DNA of 64,000 nt, from positions 136,648,001 through 136,712,000 of the forward strand of contig OY740782.1 in NCBI GenBank assembly GCA_963514005.1. The letters are read 5' to 3'. The translations under genes and the position numbers were made by a program. Positions 13,232-26,074 of the stretch are shown piece after piece; the stretch's first letter is position 1, and every line of letters begins with the position of its first letter. A model generated the notes under the pieces. The model did not search any database and was not told where the DNA came from. It saw only the letters and a program-made list of their open reading frames with translations. This DNA comes from Raja brachyura. Lineage: Eukaryota.

Positions 13232-14710
13232 AGGGGGCGCCGCACGATGGCTACCTTGCCAATGCTCTGTCTTAGTCTTTTTCATTCTTTGTGTTTTTAC
13301 TTCGTTGTATGTTTTTACTATGTTTTTATTGCGACGGAATTGCGACATTTTCCTAGTCGTATCTCTGTCTTCACTGCGGCCTAACCTCGTGGAGTTGGCG
13401 GCCTCTTGTTTGGGAATTCTAGAGCTCCAAAACCACGGAGCCTGCGTACTTTAACTTCTTGGGGCAGGCGATCCCTTTGCCAGGCGTTGGCCTTTGATGC
13501 TCCAACATGCGGGTTCAAAGGTTCAAAGGTTATTTTATTGGTCACATACACCAATTGGTGTGGTGAAATGTATCTTGCCAATGCAGCGCATAAAAAAGAT
13601 TACAGACATAACCATAATAAAGAGATTTTAAACAAGAAAAACATCCCCGCACAATGGTTCCCATTATGAGGGAAGGCACAATGTCCAGTCCCCATCCCAT
13701 GTCCACCCATAGTCACGCCCATTGAGGCCTCCGCAATCGCCTTCACGGAGGCCCGATGTTCCAGGCCGTTCTCGCCGGGTGATGGTGCTCCGGCGTTGGG
13801 AGAATCCTCTCAGCGGCTTGGGACACCTGGAACAGCCGCTTCCTTACCGGAGTCCGCGACTTCCGAAGCCAACAAGGCCGCACTGAATGGAGCTCCCCCA
13901 CTGGCTCCCGATGTTGAAGTCAGCGCCGCTGCCAGCAGCTGGCTGTTCCACAGACCCGCAGCTCCGCGATGTTTTTCTCGGCGGTCTCAGCTCACCGGAG
14001 TTCCAGCGCGGCGACCCGGGCAAGGCATCGCCCGCTCTGCAATGGCGCTCCAGCGCTGCGCCGCTGCCGAAGCAGAGGTTTCTGGGTGGTCTCCTCAGGA
14101 AACGCTGCTCCAGGCCCACTGGTAGGCCGCGAGGACGGGTCAAAAGTGCAGCCCGGAGAAAAGCTGCCTCTTCGACCAGGTAGGGACCAGAAAAAGTAGT
14201 TTCCCCCTTCCCCTCCCACACCCCCCCCATAAAAAATAGAACTAAAAAAAAACACTTTAACTCACTAAAAGTAAAGAAAAGAGTGAAAAACAAACAGCTG
14301 CAGGCTGGGCAGCCATACCACACAGGACGGCTCCCCCTAAGGTAATTGCAGACTTTAACATCGTGAAGCTCGGGGTCCCCGGTTAGGGGCCGATTTCGGG
14401 AACTCCAAGTCGCAGGAAATTCGACCATCCCAATGCGGGAGCTTAGACTGCCCCGACATGGGAGCTCGTTCACCGGCAGTGGATGGTTCGACTCCCTTGA
14501 CCACGGGAGGAAAGGAGGAAAGAAGATAAGACCTTATTGCCTTCCGTCACAGTGGGGAATGTGGAGGAGCCACTGTGGTGGGTGTTTATGTCAAATTTTT
14601 ATGTAGTTGTGTATCTTGTTGCTTTTTTAGTATCACTATATGGTAAACCAAATTCTTCGTGTGTTGCAAAACATACTTGGTTAATAAATGACGATTATGA
14701 TTTTTATTAT
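13232..14710 (+). mobile_element. Composite retroposon copy 2 (+), interrupted by copy 3 (-, about 13513-14340)
   Basis: Head ggggcgccgcacgatggc, hairpin at 14538-14585, tail aataaa(tgat)n; nested copy has hairpin at 13641-13680 and a (tttgaacc)n tail. Confidence 0.7.
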
Positions 14711-15389
14711 AGTATGTTTGGGTGATATAGCTATCATGGGTGAGTGACTAGCACTGTGTACAAGCTACAAGGCACAGAGCAATGTTAAGTGCATCTGGAT
14801 GAACTCAGGCAATGAAAGTCAGACACGGGCACTGATTGCTGAGGACTGTCAATAAGTGAACGCTGGAGGTGTGGTAAATTGAGCAGTGCCCAAGGCCAAC
14901 TGCATGGACATGATGTCTGCATTCATTCAACTTGCCTGAACTTCCTTCGTCGCATCATCAGATTTCCTGACACTGACCAGCGTGGTTCCTCCTTTTGGTT
15001 TGATTGAAGATGCCTCGCATATATCCAGTCAAAGCCCATTAATTAAAAGCTACACTCTCTAATCTTGTTTAGATCCTCATCTGCGTCAATCAAATCCTTT
15101 ACAAAAAATACGGTTTTGCTGAATTTTTGCAGGCTTGCTTTCTTTCAAACATGATTTTGTCTGCCTTCAGGGGTAGCCACTTAACTGCACTCTAAGTGAA
15201 GGGTGCAAATCTAGAATCATTTAAAAGAGGCAACATGGTTTCAATTGTTATGTACTGCTGCATAACAAGTTGCTGGATTTTGTTACAGAATGTAAGTAAC
15301 GTCAATGAGTTTGGGCAATGGTCCCGCGCATCATTAAATTGTGCAATTCAATTAAAATTGAAGCAATTGAATGGCTTAACCCCTTGAGA

Positions 15390-15570
15390 TCTCAAAGGCC
15401 TCTTGAGGTCGCTTTCATTGTCAGTGAAGTACTTTTGGATGTAGTCAGATGTTATGTCGAAATTGTGGCAGCAAGAACGTGCTCAGCAGTCTTCCACAAA
15501 CATTTGTGCAATACTGACCAATTTGTTTCAGTGGCATTAGCTGAGAGATAAGCATTAGCCAGGAACATTG
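15390..15570 (-). repeat. Ancient Deu-domain SINE remnant (SacSINE1/AmnSINE-like)
   Basis: gaagtacttttggatgtagtca...gcagc...cagcagtcttccacaaaca...tgacca...tagctgagagataagcattagccagga resembles the DeuSINE consensus as I recall it. Confidence 0.55.
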
Positions 15571-15674
15571 TCTTTATCAAATTAGTGTTCAGACAACTAC
15601 AGATAACTCTCTGACACCTCCTCCTACTTACCCCTGGACCATGACCCCACAGATGAGAATCAGGCCATTATCTC

Positions 15675-15912
15675 AGAGAGCATTCTTTACTCAGAGAGTG
15701 GTAGCGGTGTGGAATGAGCTTCCAGTGGAAGTGGTGGCGGCAGGTTCGTTGGTATCATTTAAAAATAAATTGGATAGGCATATGGATGAGAAGGGTATGG
15801 AGGGTTATGGTACGAGTGCAGGCAGGTGGGACTAAGGGAAAAAAGTTGTTCGGCACGGACTTGAAGGGCCGTGATGGCCTGTTTCCGTGCTGTAATTGTT
15901 ATATGGTTATAT
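15675..15912 (+). mobile_element. CR1 family B 3' end
   Basis: Near-identical to 20460-20690 (FFTQRVVAVWNELPVEVVAAG), (atatggtt)n tail. Confidence 0.95.
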
Positions 15913-16165
15913 TATTACCTCCAGTTGTCTGCCCCCCACTGCTTCCAACCTTATCGAGCCCCAGCCCCGCATGGCTCGGTTTTACCTTCTCCCTAAACTC
16001 CATAAACAGAACGGCTCTGGAAGCCAAGAAAAAGGTTTGAAGAAGGGTCTCAACCTGAAACGTCACCTATACCTCTCTCCAGAAATGATGCCTGACCCGC
16101 TGAGTTACTCCAGCATTTTGAGTCTATCTTCGGTGTAAATCAGCATCTGCAGTTCCTTCCTACAC
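15913..16165 (+). mobile_element. Penelope fragment: RT piece plus terminal unit with hammerhead motif
   Basis: LPPTASNLIEPQPRMARFYLLPKLHK is the PLE RT 'FYLLPKIHK' motif; followed by tgaagaagggtctcaacctgaaacgtc. Confidence 0.85.
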
Positions 16166-16839
16166 TAGTTTGTTGTTTGAAAATGTAGGTGTGGGAACTG
16201 GTTCAATGTCATATGAAGCAGAAAGTATCTCTAGCGCTGTAAGACTCCCTTGTGCATGGCAGTATCAGCCCAAATCTCTTGATCAAGTCTCCAGTTGGGC
16301 TCAGGAGGGGCAGTGCAATAACTGAAACTAGCACAAAATGTAACACCACAAACAGGGAGTCTGCAGGCATTAGACTGAGCCTCAGATACCTCGGTGGGGG
16401 AGAGAGAGAGGAATGCAGAACAGCACTCAAGCATTTGACACAAACACAGCGCCGACAGGTGTGTATGAGCTGGATGGCTGCCCAAGGTCTTGGCCAGGGA
16501 TCTTGCATGCTGCTGAGACAACAGAAGATGAAAGGAGACTATTAAAGAGTCTAAATTAATCCCCAAGCAGTGCACAAAACAGCAATGTTAGACAGCTGGC
16601 CTCTCAATAAAATGATTCAAAACTCAATCCCAGCTATTATTCTGTTTTACCCTCCTCAAGGGAGTACTGATCTAGAGAAGGGGAAGAAAAAGAGTAACAA
16701 CTTGTAGTCTGAGGAAATGGTAAAAGTAGGCTGAAGTCAACAGGAAAGAATATCAATCCCCCATTAATCTTCAGTACTTAAGGGGAACATCTCATTACAT
16801 TGTGTCCTCACAAAGTGGCCTCATCATCATTAATTTTAC

Positions 16840-17130
16840 CGAGTCATAGTGACACAGGAAAAAAAGACCCCTCGGTCCACTGAGTTTGTGCTGCTTATCA
16901 AGCAGCAATTTGTACCAATTTCTATTCCATTCTGGCCACTTTCCAAACCCGACACAGATTCTAGCATTCATCTGCACACTTGGGCTAATTTATAGTGTCC
17001 AATTAACCTACCAAATGCCACATCTTTGAGACATAGGAGGAAACTGGAGCACCCAAAATAAATCCCTGCGGTTACAGGGGGATTGTGAAGCAGCACAGTT
17101 GGTCCAGGGATTGAACCCAAGGTTCTGGAA
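16840..17130 (-). mobile_element. HE1-like V-SINE, degenerate
   Basis: V-domain-like gggtgctccagtttcctcc...caaagatgtg...gtaggttaattgg on the minus strand. Confidence 0.75.
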
Positions 17131-18534
17131 GAGCAGCTGTCACAGAACGCCAGCAATTCAGTTAAGTGATCACTGTAAATTGCCTCTGGTGCAAGTGAGT
17201 TGATGGGGATGAGAGAAGGATAAAAAGGGACTCCTGTAAAATCAGAAATAAATGGCCGATACAAAGTAGAAATGGACTCAATGGAGCAAATGGGTATGTT
17301 TCAATGCCATAAGACCATGAATATAGTGAACCTGAGCTGTGATGAACAGCGTTCCAGATTGGGTCTAACAGAAACTCTAATCAGCTGCAGTGTCCACCCC
17401 TTTATATTTCAGCTACCTCGTGCGAAAGACTAAGTTCCATTAGCTATTCCAATTCTTTCTTGCACCTGTCCATTAGTTTTCAGTGACTTCTCCAGTTGGA
17501 TTTTTGAAACGGTAATATAATTTCTTATTGTGTGGCACTTGGAGAAGATGACTCTTCAAGCCCACCCAGAAAATAATTCTGCATGATTGGATGCACAATC
17601 TACGAGTTAGGATGAAGATGGAGTAACTCAGCAGGTCTGGCAGCAGATCTGGGGAAAGGGAATAGGTGACGTTTCAGGTTGAGACCCTTCTCCACACCAA
17701 CCCTTCTACTAGTTAGGGCTTTGGGTTGTAACTTTTGTTTAGCACATGGGCCAATGTTGGTTCTCAGAAGGTGCAGGCCTCGGCCGCCATCAATGCCGTT
17801 GACAGAAAGAAAGCTGTTAATGTTTAACACAAAAGACTTTGGTAACTAGATTTAGTTTTAGATTTGTTACTGTCATGTGTACTGCGGTACAGTGAAAAGC
17901 TTTTGTTTGTGTGCTGTCCAAACAAATCAGATGATACTGTACAGCAATACAATCAAGCCAAAAACAAGTACAACATGTAGACTGAAGAGAAAGATACAGA
18001 GTGCAGAATATAGTTCTCAGCATTGCAACGTATCAATTCCATAGACAAAGTCCAATGACTACCCCAATGCGGTTGAGATAAAATGGAGGGTATTCTATCT
18101 TATGGAATTACCATTCACAAGCCGGGTAACAGAGGAGAAGAATCTGTTCCTGAATCTGGTGGCAGGTGCATTAACGTTCCAGTGAATAATATAGCAATAG
18201 TGATAAAGGGCTTCATTGAAGTGCATACACAACCTACAGGTGGGAAGTGACTCGTTAATTTTATTTGCTCTATTCAATAAAGCTGCCGTCTCCTTGCAAG
18301 TCCTCCCACAGTTATTTACTGATTCATTGGCAATAAATAAGCTGCACTGACTTTCATGAGAAATTCATATGGCCAATTCATCTTGATATCGTGGATGCAA
18401 GCAGGCCCACATTTTACCTTGTAAATTTTAGAAGCTGGAGAAAATATCTGAATTTTTATTCAAATCCCTTCATGGCCTCACATTCAAATTACAAATCACC
18501 GAGATCCTCATATGCATCCCCAATTTCCATTACT

Positions 18535-18940
18535 CTTAGTCATAGTCATAGAGTGATACAGTGTGGAAACAAGCCTAATTGCCCAACTTGCCCACACCGG
18601 CCAACATGCCCCAGCTACACTCATCCCACCTGCCCGTGTTTGGTCCATATCCCTCAGAATTTGTCCTATCCATGCACCTGTCCAACAGTTCCTTAAATGT
18701 TGGGGTAGTCCCAGCCTCAAATACCTCCTCTGGCAGCTTGTTCCATACATCCACCACCCTTTGTGTGAAAAAGTTACCCCTCAGATTCTTATTAAATAGT
18801 TTCCCCTTCACCTTAAACTGATGTCACCTTAAACTGATGTCCTCGATTCACCTACTCTGGGCAAGAGACTCTGTGTTTCTACCCAGTCTATTCCTCTCAA
18901 GATCTTATACACCTCCATAAGATCACCCCTCATCCAGCCT
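18535..18940 (-). mobile_element. CR1 3' fragment
   Basis: ORF 18575..18811 NLRGNFFTQRVVDVWNKLPEEV. Confidence 0.9.
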
Positions 18941-18994
18941 ATGGTCGCAGTCTACACAAATCAAAGTCAAAGTCAAACAAACTTTATTGTCATT

Positions 18995-20705
18995 TAGAAA
19001 TACATTGATATACATTGACTGAATTATGTGAGGTAAGGGAAACTAGTAGAGTAGCTATGGATACTATGAGTTTCAAAGTAAAAGAAGTACTGACACTTTT
19101 GAAAAATATAAAAGTGGATAAGTCTCCAGGTCCTGACAGGATATTCCCTAGGACATTGGGGGAAGTTAGTGTAGAAATAGCCGGGGCTATGACAGAAATA
19201 TTTCAAATGTCATTAGAAATGGGAATAGTCCCCGAGGATTGGCGTACTGCGCATGTTGTTCCATTGTTTAAAAAGGGCTCTAAAAGTAAACCTAGCAATT
19301 ATAGACCGGTTAGTTTGACTTCAGTGGTGGGCAAATTAATGGAAAAGATACTTAGAGATAATATATATAAGTATCTGGATAAACAGGGTCTAATTAGGAA
19401 CAGTCAACATGGATTTATGCCTGGAAGGTCATGTTTGACTAATCTTCTTGAATGTTTTGAAGAGGTTACTAGGGAAATTGACGAGGGTAAAGCAGTGGAT
19501 GTTGTCTATATGGACTTCAGTAAGACCTTTGACAAGGTTCCTCATGGAAGGTTGGTTAAGAAGGTTCAACTGTTGGGTATAAATGCAGGAATAGCAAGAT
19601 GGATTCAACAGTGGCTGAATGGGAGAAGCCAGAGGGTAATGGTGGATGGCTGTTTGTCGGGTTGGAGGCAGGTGACTAGTGGGGTGCCTCCGGGATCTGT
19701 GTTGGGTCCTTTGTTGTTTGTCATGTACATCAATGATCTGGATGAAGGGGTGGTAAATTGGATTAGTAAGTATGCAGATGATACCAAGATAGGGGGTGTT
19801 GTGGATAATGAAGAGGATTTCCAAAGTCTACAGAGTGATTTAGGCCAGTTGGAAAAATGGGCTAAAAGATGGCAGATGGAGTTTAATGCTGATAAATGTG
19901 AGGTGCTACACCTTGGCAGGACAAATCAAAATAGGACGTACATGGTAAACGGTAGGGAATTGAAGAATACAGTTGAACAGAGGGATCTGGGAATAACCGT
20001 GCATAGTTCCTTGAAGGTGGAATCTCATATAGATAGGGTGGTAAAGAAAGCTTTTGGTATGCTAGCCTTTATAAATCAGAGCATTGAGTATAGAAGCTGG
20101 GATGTAATGTTAAAATTGTACAAGGCATTGGTGAGACCAAATCTGGAGTATGGTGTACAATTTTGGTCGCCCAATTATAGGAAGGATGTCAACAAAATAG
20201 AGAGGGTACAGAGGAGATTTACTAGAATGTTGCCTGTGTTTCAACAGCTAAGGTACAGAGATAGGTTGAATAAGTTAGGTCTTTATTCTCTGGAGCGCAG
20301 AAGGTTAAGGGGGGACTTGATAGAGGTGTTTAAAATGATGAGAGGGATAGACAGAGCTGATGTGGACAAGCTTTTCCCTTTAAGAATAGGGAAGATTCAA
20401 ACAAGAGGACATGACTTTAGAATTAAGGGACAGAGGTTAAGGGGTAACATGAGGGGGAACTTCTTTACTCAGAGAGTGGTAGCGGTGTGGAATGAGCTTC
20501 CAGTGGAAGTGGTGGCGGCAGGTTCGTTGGTATTATTTAAAAATAAATTGGATAGGCATATGGATGAGAAGGGTATGGAGGGTTACGGTATGAGTGCAGG
20601 CAGGTGGGACTAAGGGAAAAAAGTTGTTCGGCACGGACTTGAAGGGCCGAGATGGCCTGTTTCCGTGCCGTAATTGTTATATGGTTATATGCTATATGGT
20701 TATAT
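18995..20705 (+). mobile_element. CR1 family B, 5'-truncated, uninterrupted RT frame 19015..20613
   Basis: KSPGPD, NYRPVSLTS, QHGF, GSVLGP, YADD; lacks the endonuclease; inserted in the tail of the Rex1 element (tail remnant 18960-18995). Confidence 0.97.
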
Positions 20706-22320
20706 ATGCAGTTCCAAACGAAATTCCGTTGCATTTGGCTCCCTGTGCAACATGATAATTAACAGAAGGATAGACATGGATAAAATGGATAAAAGGATAA
20801 ATAGACAATGGTGGCAGCCCATTACATGGCATTCGGGAGTCTGATGGCTCGTGGGAAGAAGTTGTTGCAGAACCTTGATGTTCTGCTCCTTATGCTGCAA
20901 AATCTTTTGCCCGAGGGCAGCAGAGTGAACAGTCCGTGATGGAGATGTGTGGGGTCTTTTATAATACTGCTGGCCTTAGACACGCAATATCCCCGATTGA
21001 GGGGAGAGAGGTCCCGATAATTTTTTCCGCTGTCCTCACCACTCTCTGCACGGACTTCCAGTCAGAGGCTTTACAGTCCCCAAACCAGACAGAGATACAG
21101 CTGATCAAAATACTCTCTATGGTGCCCCTGTAGAAAGTAGTGAGGATGGGATGGGGGAGGTGAGCTCTTCTCATCCGGCGCAGAAAGTGCAACCGCTGCT
21201 GCGCTCTCTTAACTGTTGATGAGATGTTATTCGACCAGGTCAGACTGTTAGTGATCTGCACCCCCAGGAACTTTGTGCTACTGACCACCTCCACATCGCT
21301 GTCATTGATGTGAAGTGGTATGGGACTGTGCCGGTTTTTCCTGAAGTCGACGATGACCTCCTTTGTTTTTTCGACATTCATGATCAGGTTGTTCGTATTG
21401 CACCAGTCCACCAGTTGTTTCACCTCCTCCCTGCAAGCCAGCTCATTGTCGTCCCTGATGAGGCCCACCACTGTTGTATCATCTGCGTACTTCATGATGT
21501 GGTTTGTACTAAACCGGGCACAACAGTCATGGGTCATCAGGGTGAACAGCAGTGGACTCAGGACACAGCCCTGAGGGGAGCCGGTGCTCAGAGAGATGGT
21601 GTTAGAGGTGTTATTTCCAACCCTCACAGACTGGGGTCTGTCAGTGAGGAAGTCCAGTAGCCAGTTACACATGGGGGTGCCGAGGCCCAATGGAACCAGT
21701 TTGCTTATCAGGTGCTGGGGGATAATTGTGTTGAATGCTGAACTGAAATCCACGAACAGCATTTGCACATAGGTGTTTTTCTCCTCTAAATGTTCCAAGC
21801 TCAGATGGAGTACGGAGGATATAGCGTCCTCTGTGGACCGGTTTGCCTGTAAGCAAACTGGTATCGGTCAAGTGTGGAGGGGAGTCTGGAGGTAATGTGG
21901 TCCCTGACCAGCCTCTCGAAGCACTTCATCATTATGGGGGTGAGTGCTACAGGGCGGTAGTCATTGAGACATTGTATGTTGGATTTTTTTGGCACTGGTA
22001 TGATGGTGGCAGTCTTGAAACATAATGGGACAACAGCCTGGTTCAGCGAGGTGTTAAATATGTCCGTAAGGACATGTGCCAGCTGATCAGCACATTCCCT
22101 GAGCACCTGCCCTGGTATGTTATCAGGGCCTGCCGCCTTTCATGCGTTCACTCCTTTTAGGGTCCTCCGTACATCCACTATGTCAAGACTGAGTGCCTGT
22201 TCATCACAGTGAGGAATACCTTTGCTTGCAGGTGTGTTATTTAATGCCTCGAACTGACCAAAATAGTTGTTGAGTTCATTGAGGAACTCAATGTTGTCAT
22301 CACAGGGTGGTGGAGCGCTA
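20706..22320 (-). mobile_element. Rex1/Babar LINE, 5'-truncated and frameshifted
   Basis: ORFs 21801..22106 ([20 protein letters not shown]) and 20959..21798 ([20 protein letters not shown]). Confidence 0.96.
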
Positions 22321-22334
22321 TCTCCCTATTGGTG

Positions 22335-22520
22335 GTGGTGGAGCAAATTCTCCCTATTGCTCAGACCCTCTACTCCTGGCAAAATCCTCGTAAGTCTTCT
22401 CTGCACCTTTTCCAGCTTGACGACATCTTTCCAATAACACGGTGCCCAGAACAGATCATAATACTCTAAATATGGACTCACCAATGCCTTATACAACCTT
22501 AACATGACCCACAACTTCTA
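22335..22520 (-). mobile_element. CR1 fragment
   Basis: LYKALVSPYLEYYDLFWAP. Confidence 0.85.
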
Positions 22521-22889
22521 CTGGTGACTCTGCCTACTTTTGCCAAGGTCCTTAATTCCACTCCTAAATCTGATTTGCCATTCTGCTCTTCCCCCTTTAA
22601 ATCTAACTTTTTTGGCATCTGTCCTGATATTTTACTCCCTTAACAGCCTATATAAATTGCTGGGTTACACAAAAAGCTGGAGAAACTCAGCGGGTGCAGC
22701 AGCATCTAAGGAGCGAAGGAGATAGGCGACGTTTCGGGTCGAGATATAAATTGCTTGCCATTCAAGAGCTGGAAAGAACGTTGAGGCATATACCCATTCC
22801 TGTTCTCTGAGCTAATAGTAATGGGTAGACAATTAGTTGCAATTGCATTACTTTTTAAGCTCCGTAACATACTGTTACTCATCGACTTC

Positions 22890-23140
22890 AGAGATATAGA
22901 GCAGAAACAGGCCTTTTGGTCCACTGAGTCCGCGCCAACCAGCAATCACCCCATACACTACCACTATCCTACACATCAAGGACGAAGCCAATTAACCTAC
23001 AAACCTGTAATTCTTTGGAGTGTTGGAGAACTCACTTTCTCACAGGGAGAACGTACAAACTCCATACAGACAGCACCCATAGTCAGGATTGAACCAGGTT
23101 TTTCGGTGCTGTCGGCACCAACTCTACCATTGCGCCCGTG
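22890..23140 (-). mobile_element. HE1-like V-SINE
   Basis: tRNA-like head (ggcgcaatggtagagttg...ggttcaatcc), V-domain, CR1 tail. Confidence 0.85.
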
Positions 23141-24109
23141 CCCCCCCGGAGACTGATACCAAGACTAGGAATTATTGAGAAATCTCGACATGGTGACCGC
23201 ATTTGGTTGTACACTCCCCTCTGAGGGGAGTACTCACACTTTAGCTCCCAACCAGTCTTCAACCAATTTCATTTAGTTTAGTTTACAGAAGCAGCGCGGA
23301 AACAGGCCCTTCAGCCCACCGGGTCCGCGCGGGCCAGCGATCCCTGCACATTGGCAGACCTAAAGTCATAGTGTCATACAGCACAACATGCCGACCAAGA
23401 TGCCCCATCATCAACATTAGTCCCACCCGTCTCCATATGCCACAGATCTCTCTAAACCTTTCCTATCCATCCACCTGTCCAAAAGTATTTTCAACGTTGT
23501 TATGGTAGCTGCCTCAACTGTATACCTGCCTCCTCTGACAGCTTTTTCCATATACTCACCACCTGCCATGTGAAAAGGTTGCCCCCTGGTCCCTATTATG
23601 TAATTCATATGTTGGGATACACGACCACCCACAAGGGTGAGACGACCAGTCCCAGCCATAATGGTGCAAGATGCAACACTGATTCACAAAGCATCATCAG
23701 GCAGAGCTATTATTTCCCTTCTTGAATGTTCCTCCACCTAAAAGTGTATATGAAATGGGTGTAATGCCAGAGTGTGAATAACTACTTTGCTCATTGATGC
23801 CCAATACTGTCAATTCCCATTCCATGTGCAACATCTAAACAGGGAATTTCACACTTTCGGTTCCAAGCCCGAGTTGTGATGTCCTTCAGTCCGAGGCCTT
23901 TATGCCCTGTGCTCTGGGTAGGAGCAGATTAAAAAAGGAATCTGACTTCAGCAGTGAGTGATGGGCAGAAAGGATAGAAACATGGATTCAGCATCCAGTG
24001 ACATAATTGAGTTGATGTGGCCAGGGGCTGAGAATCGTGCCTAGGTCTGCCATTTCTGATGATTGCAACAGATCGTGAAAACAGAAGCTAAGCAGTTGTT
24101 GATAGATTG

Positions 24110-24338
24110 AAAGATACAACATGGAAACAGCCTTGGCTCAACGAATCCACAATGATCATCAATAGCCCATTCACACTGGTTTTATGCCATCCCACTCTCC
24201 AAAACACACAAGGGCAATTTACAGAGACCAATTAGCCTATAACATGCATGACTTTGGAATGTGGGAGGAAACTGGAACACCCAGAGGAAACCCATAAGGG
24301 CACAGGGAGAACGTGCACATTCTACACAGACAGCACCT
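24110..24338 (-). mobile_element. HE1-like V-SINE, partial
   Basis: gtgctgtctgtgtagaatgtgcacgttctccctgtg...ccagtttcctcccacattccaaag. Confidence 0.8.
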
Positions 24339-25296
24339 TTGCACATGTTGTTGCATTTTAGATTTCAAACAATTCCTCTGGAAATGAAAGGGGGTATTCT
24401 TGTGTTCTCCGACAGTACATTGTGAGGTATCTTAGCCTCTGGAACAAAAAAACAACCTGCGAGAGGTACTCAGTGGATTAGGCAGCAGCAGTGAAAGAAA
24501 TGGACAGTCAATAGTTAGGTTTGAGACCCTTCCTCTAGACTGTCTACATTTTGGATCATGACCTTTTTATGGACCCTGTCCACTTTTGACCATATTGCTC
24601 CTCAAATGCTTCCCGAGTTTCTCCAGCAGTTTGTTCTTGATCCAAATTGGTTCACAGTGATCTGGTCTGCAGGTTCACATCCACATGTCCAGCATGGATT
24701 CAATGGCAAGTATTTCACACACTCTATTGGGGATAGCTATGCATCACATTTTAAATATACGCGTTCTTGCATGAAGAGTGGTAAAGAGTGGCAAATAGCA
24801 CTCATTAGCAGTTTTCGATCCAGAGTGCAGCACATTTTTGCTGTGTTTTTAATGGAGAAAAAAATAAATTCTAACCCATAAATTTTTCATGAAAATCATT
24901 AGTCGACAGCAGATTGCACTTTATTGGTTGAAATCAACCATGACCCATAGATGGAAGCGAAAATGTGAAAATATTTCCATCAGTGTGGTTCTTCTTAACT
25001 AATGGTTATATATGCAATTGTTGCCTCTTGCTTAAATACAGATATGTGCCGAAATAACACAGCGATCTTGTGTACCTCATCAGCTTTGAAACTTCAATGA
25101 AAAGGTGCACAATTCTGACAAAACTCTGACAATAAAATGGGCCATTTTAACGGAGATTGTTGAAGGCAAAGGGAACACCATGACTGTCCACCATGACTGT
25201 CCTCCTTAAACTGTGCAATCCTTTACATTGTTTTGAAAATATATTGGTTGACTTTTCAATAAAGGATAACTTCTCCACAACCAGAGCAGTCCCTTA

Positions 25297-25855
25297 GGGG
25301 CCTGTCCCACTTGGGCGTCATTTGCACGTCATTTACGCAACATCCTAAAAATTGGTTGGCGAGGCGTGGTGGCGGATGCAGTGACGGCGGTAACGTGCGG
25401 CACCCCAGGATTTTGTGAGGCTCAAAATCCTCGTATCCCTTGCGCACGATGATGTACTGGTGGCGTGTAGTGCGTGGAGACGCATGGTTACGCACGGTGA
25501 CACACAGATGTTGCCTATGCTAATTTATTATGCGTCCGTAACCATTTGCCGTCGGCGCACCATTTGCGCGTCATTTGAGCGCCACACCACGTGACCATAC
25601 GGGTATAAAGCACGCGTTGTTTTGAAAAATTTTCACCATAGTATCTTTGATTTTCACTGGGAAAATCCTTGCCATGGAGATCAGACTAAGTACGAACAAC
25701 ATCGCAAACGGCTCCCAAAAGAAGCAGGGCCCTCAAGAGCACTTGGCGCGCGACTGTCGTACTGCTAGATGGTTTTCGCGCAACTGTCGCGCGTCAGTCA
25801 CTACCAGCCTGTCGCGTAAATGACGTGCAAATAACGCCCAAGTGGGACAAGCCCT
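25297..25855. mobile_element. PIF/Harbinger-like MITE, CpG-rich
   Basis: TIR ggggcctgtcccacttgggcgtcatttgcacgtcatttacgc ... gcgtaaatgacgtgcaaataacgcccaagtgggacaagccct; TTA on both sides. Confidence 0.88.
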
Positions 25856-26074
25856 TTAGTTCTCAAACTCTGGAACATGCTTGGCACCCACCACTCTTGT
25901 GGAGTTGCTAGTATAGTTCGCATGCATCCTTTTTTGTAGGCAATGACTGGTCCTGAGAGTTAACCATAAGCCTCTCCAGTTGCAATCATTGGAAGCTAAA
26001 GTAATTCTCACCTCAACCCAGATTTTAACATACAAGCCTATGCATTTTCCCGAGGTGAATTTCCAATCTGGTTT

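Noticed and set aside
13796-14473. Overlapping 76-209 aa ORFs
   Set aside because: GC-rich interior of nested composite elements; no domain or splice support.
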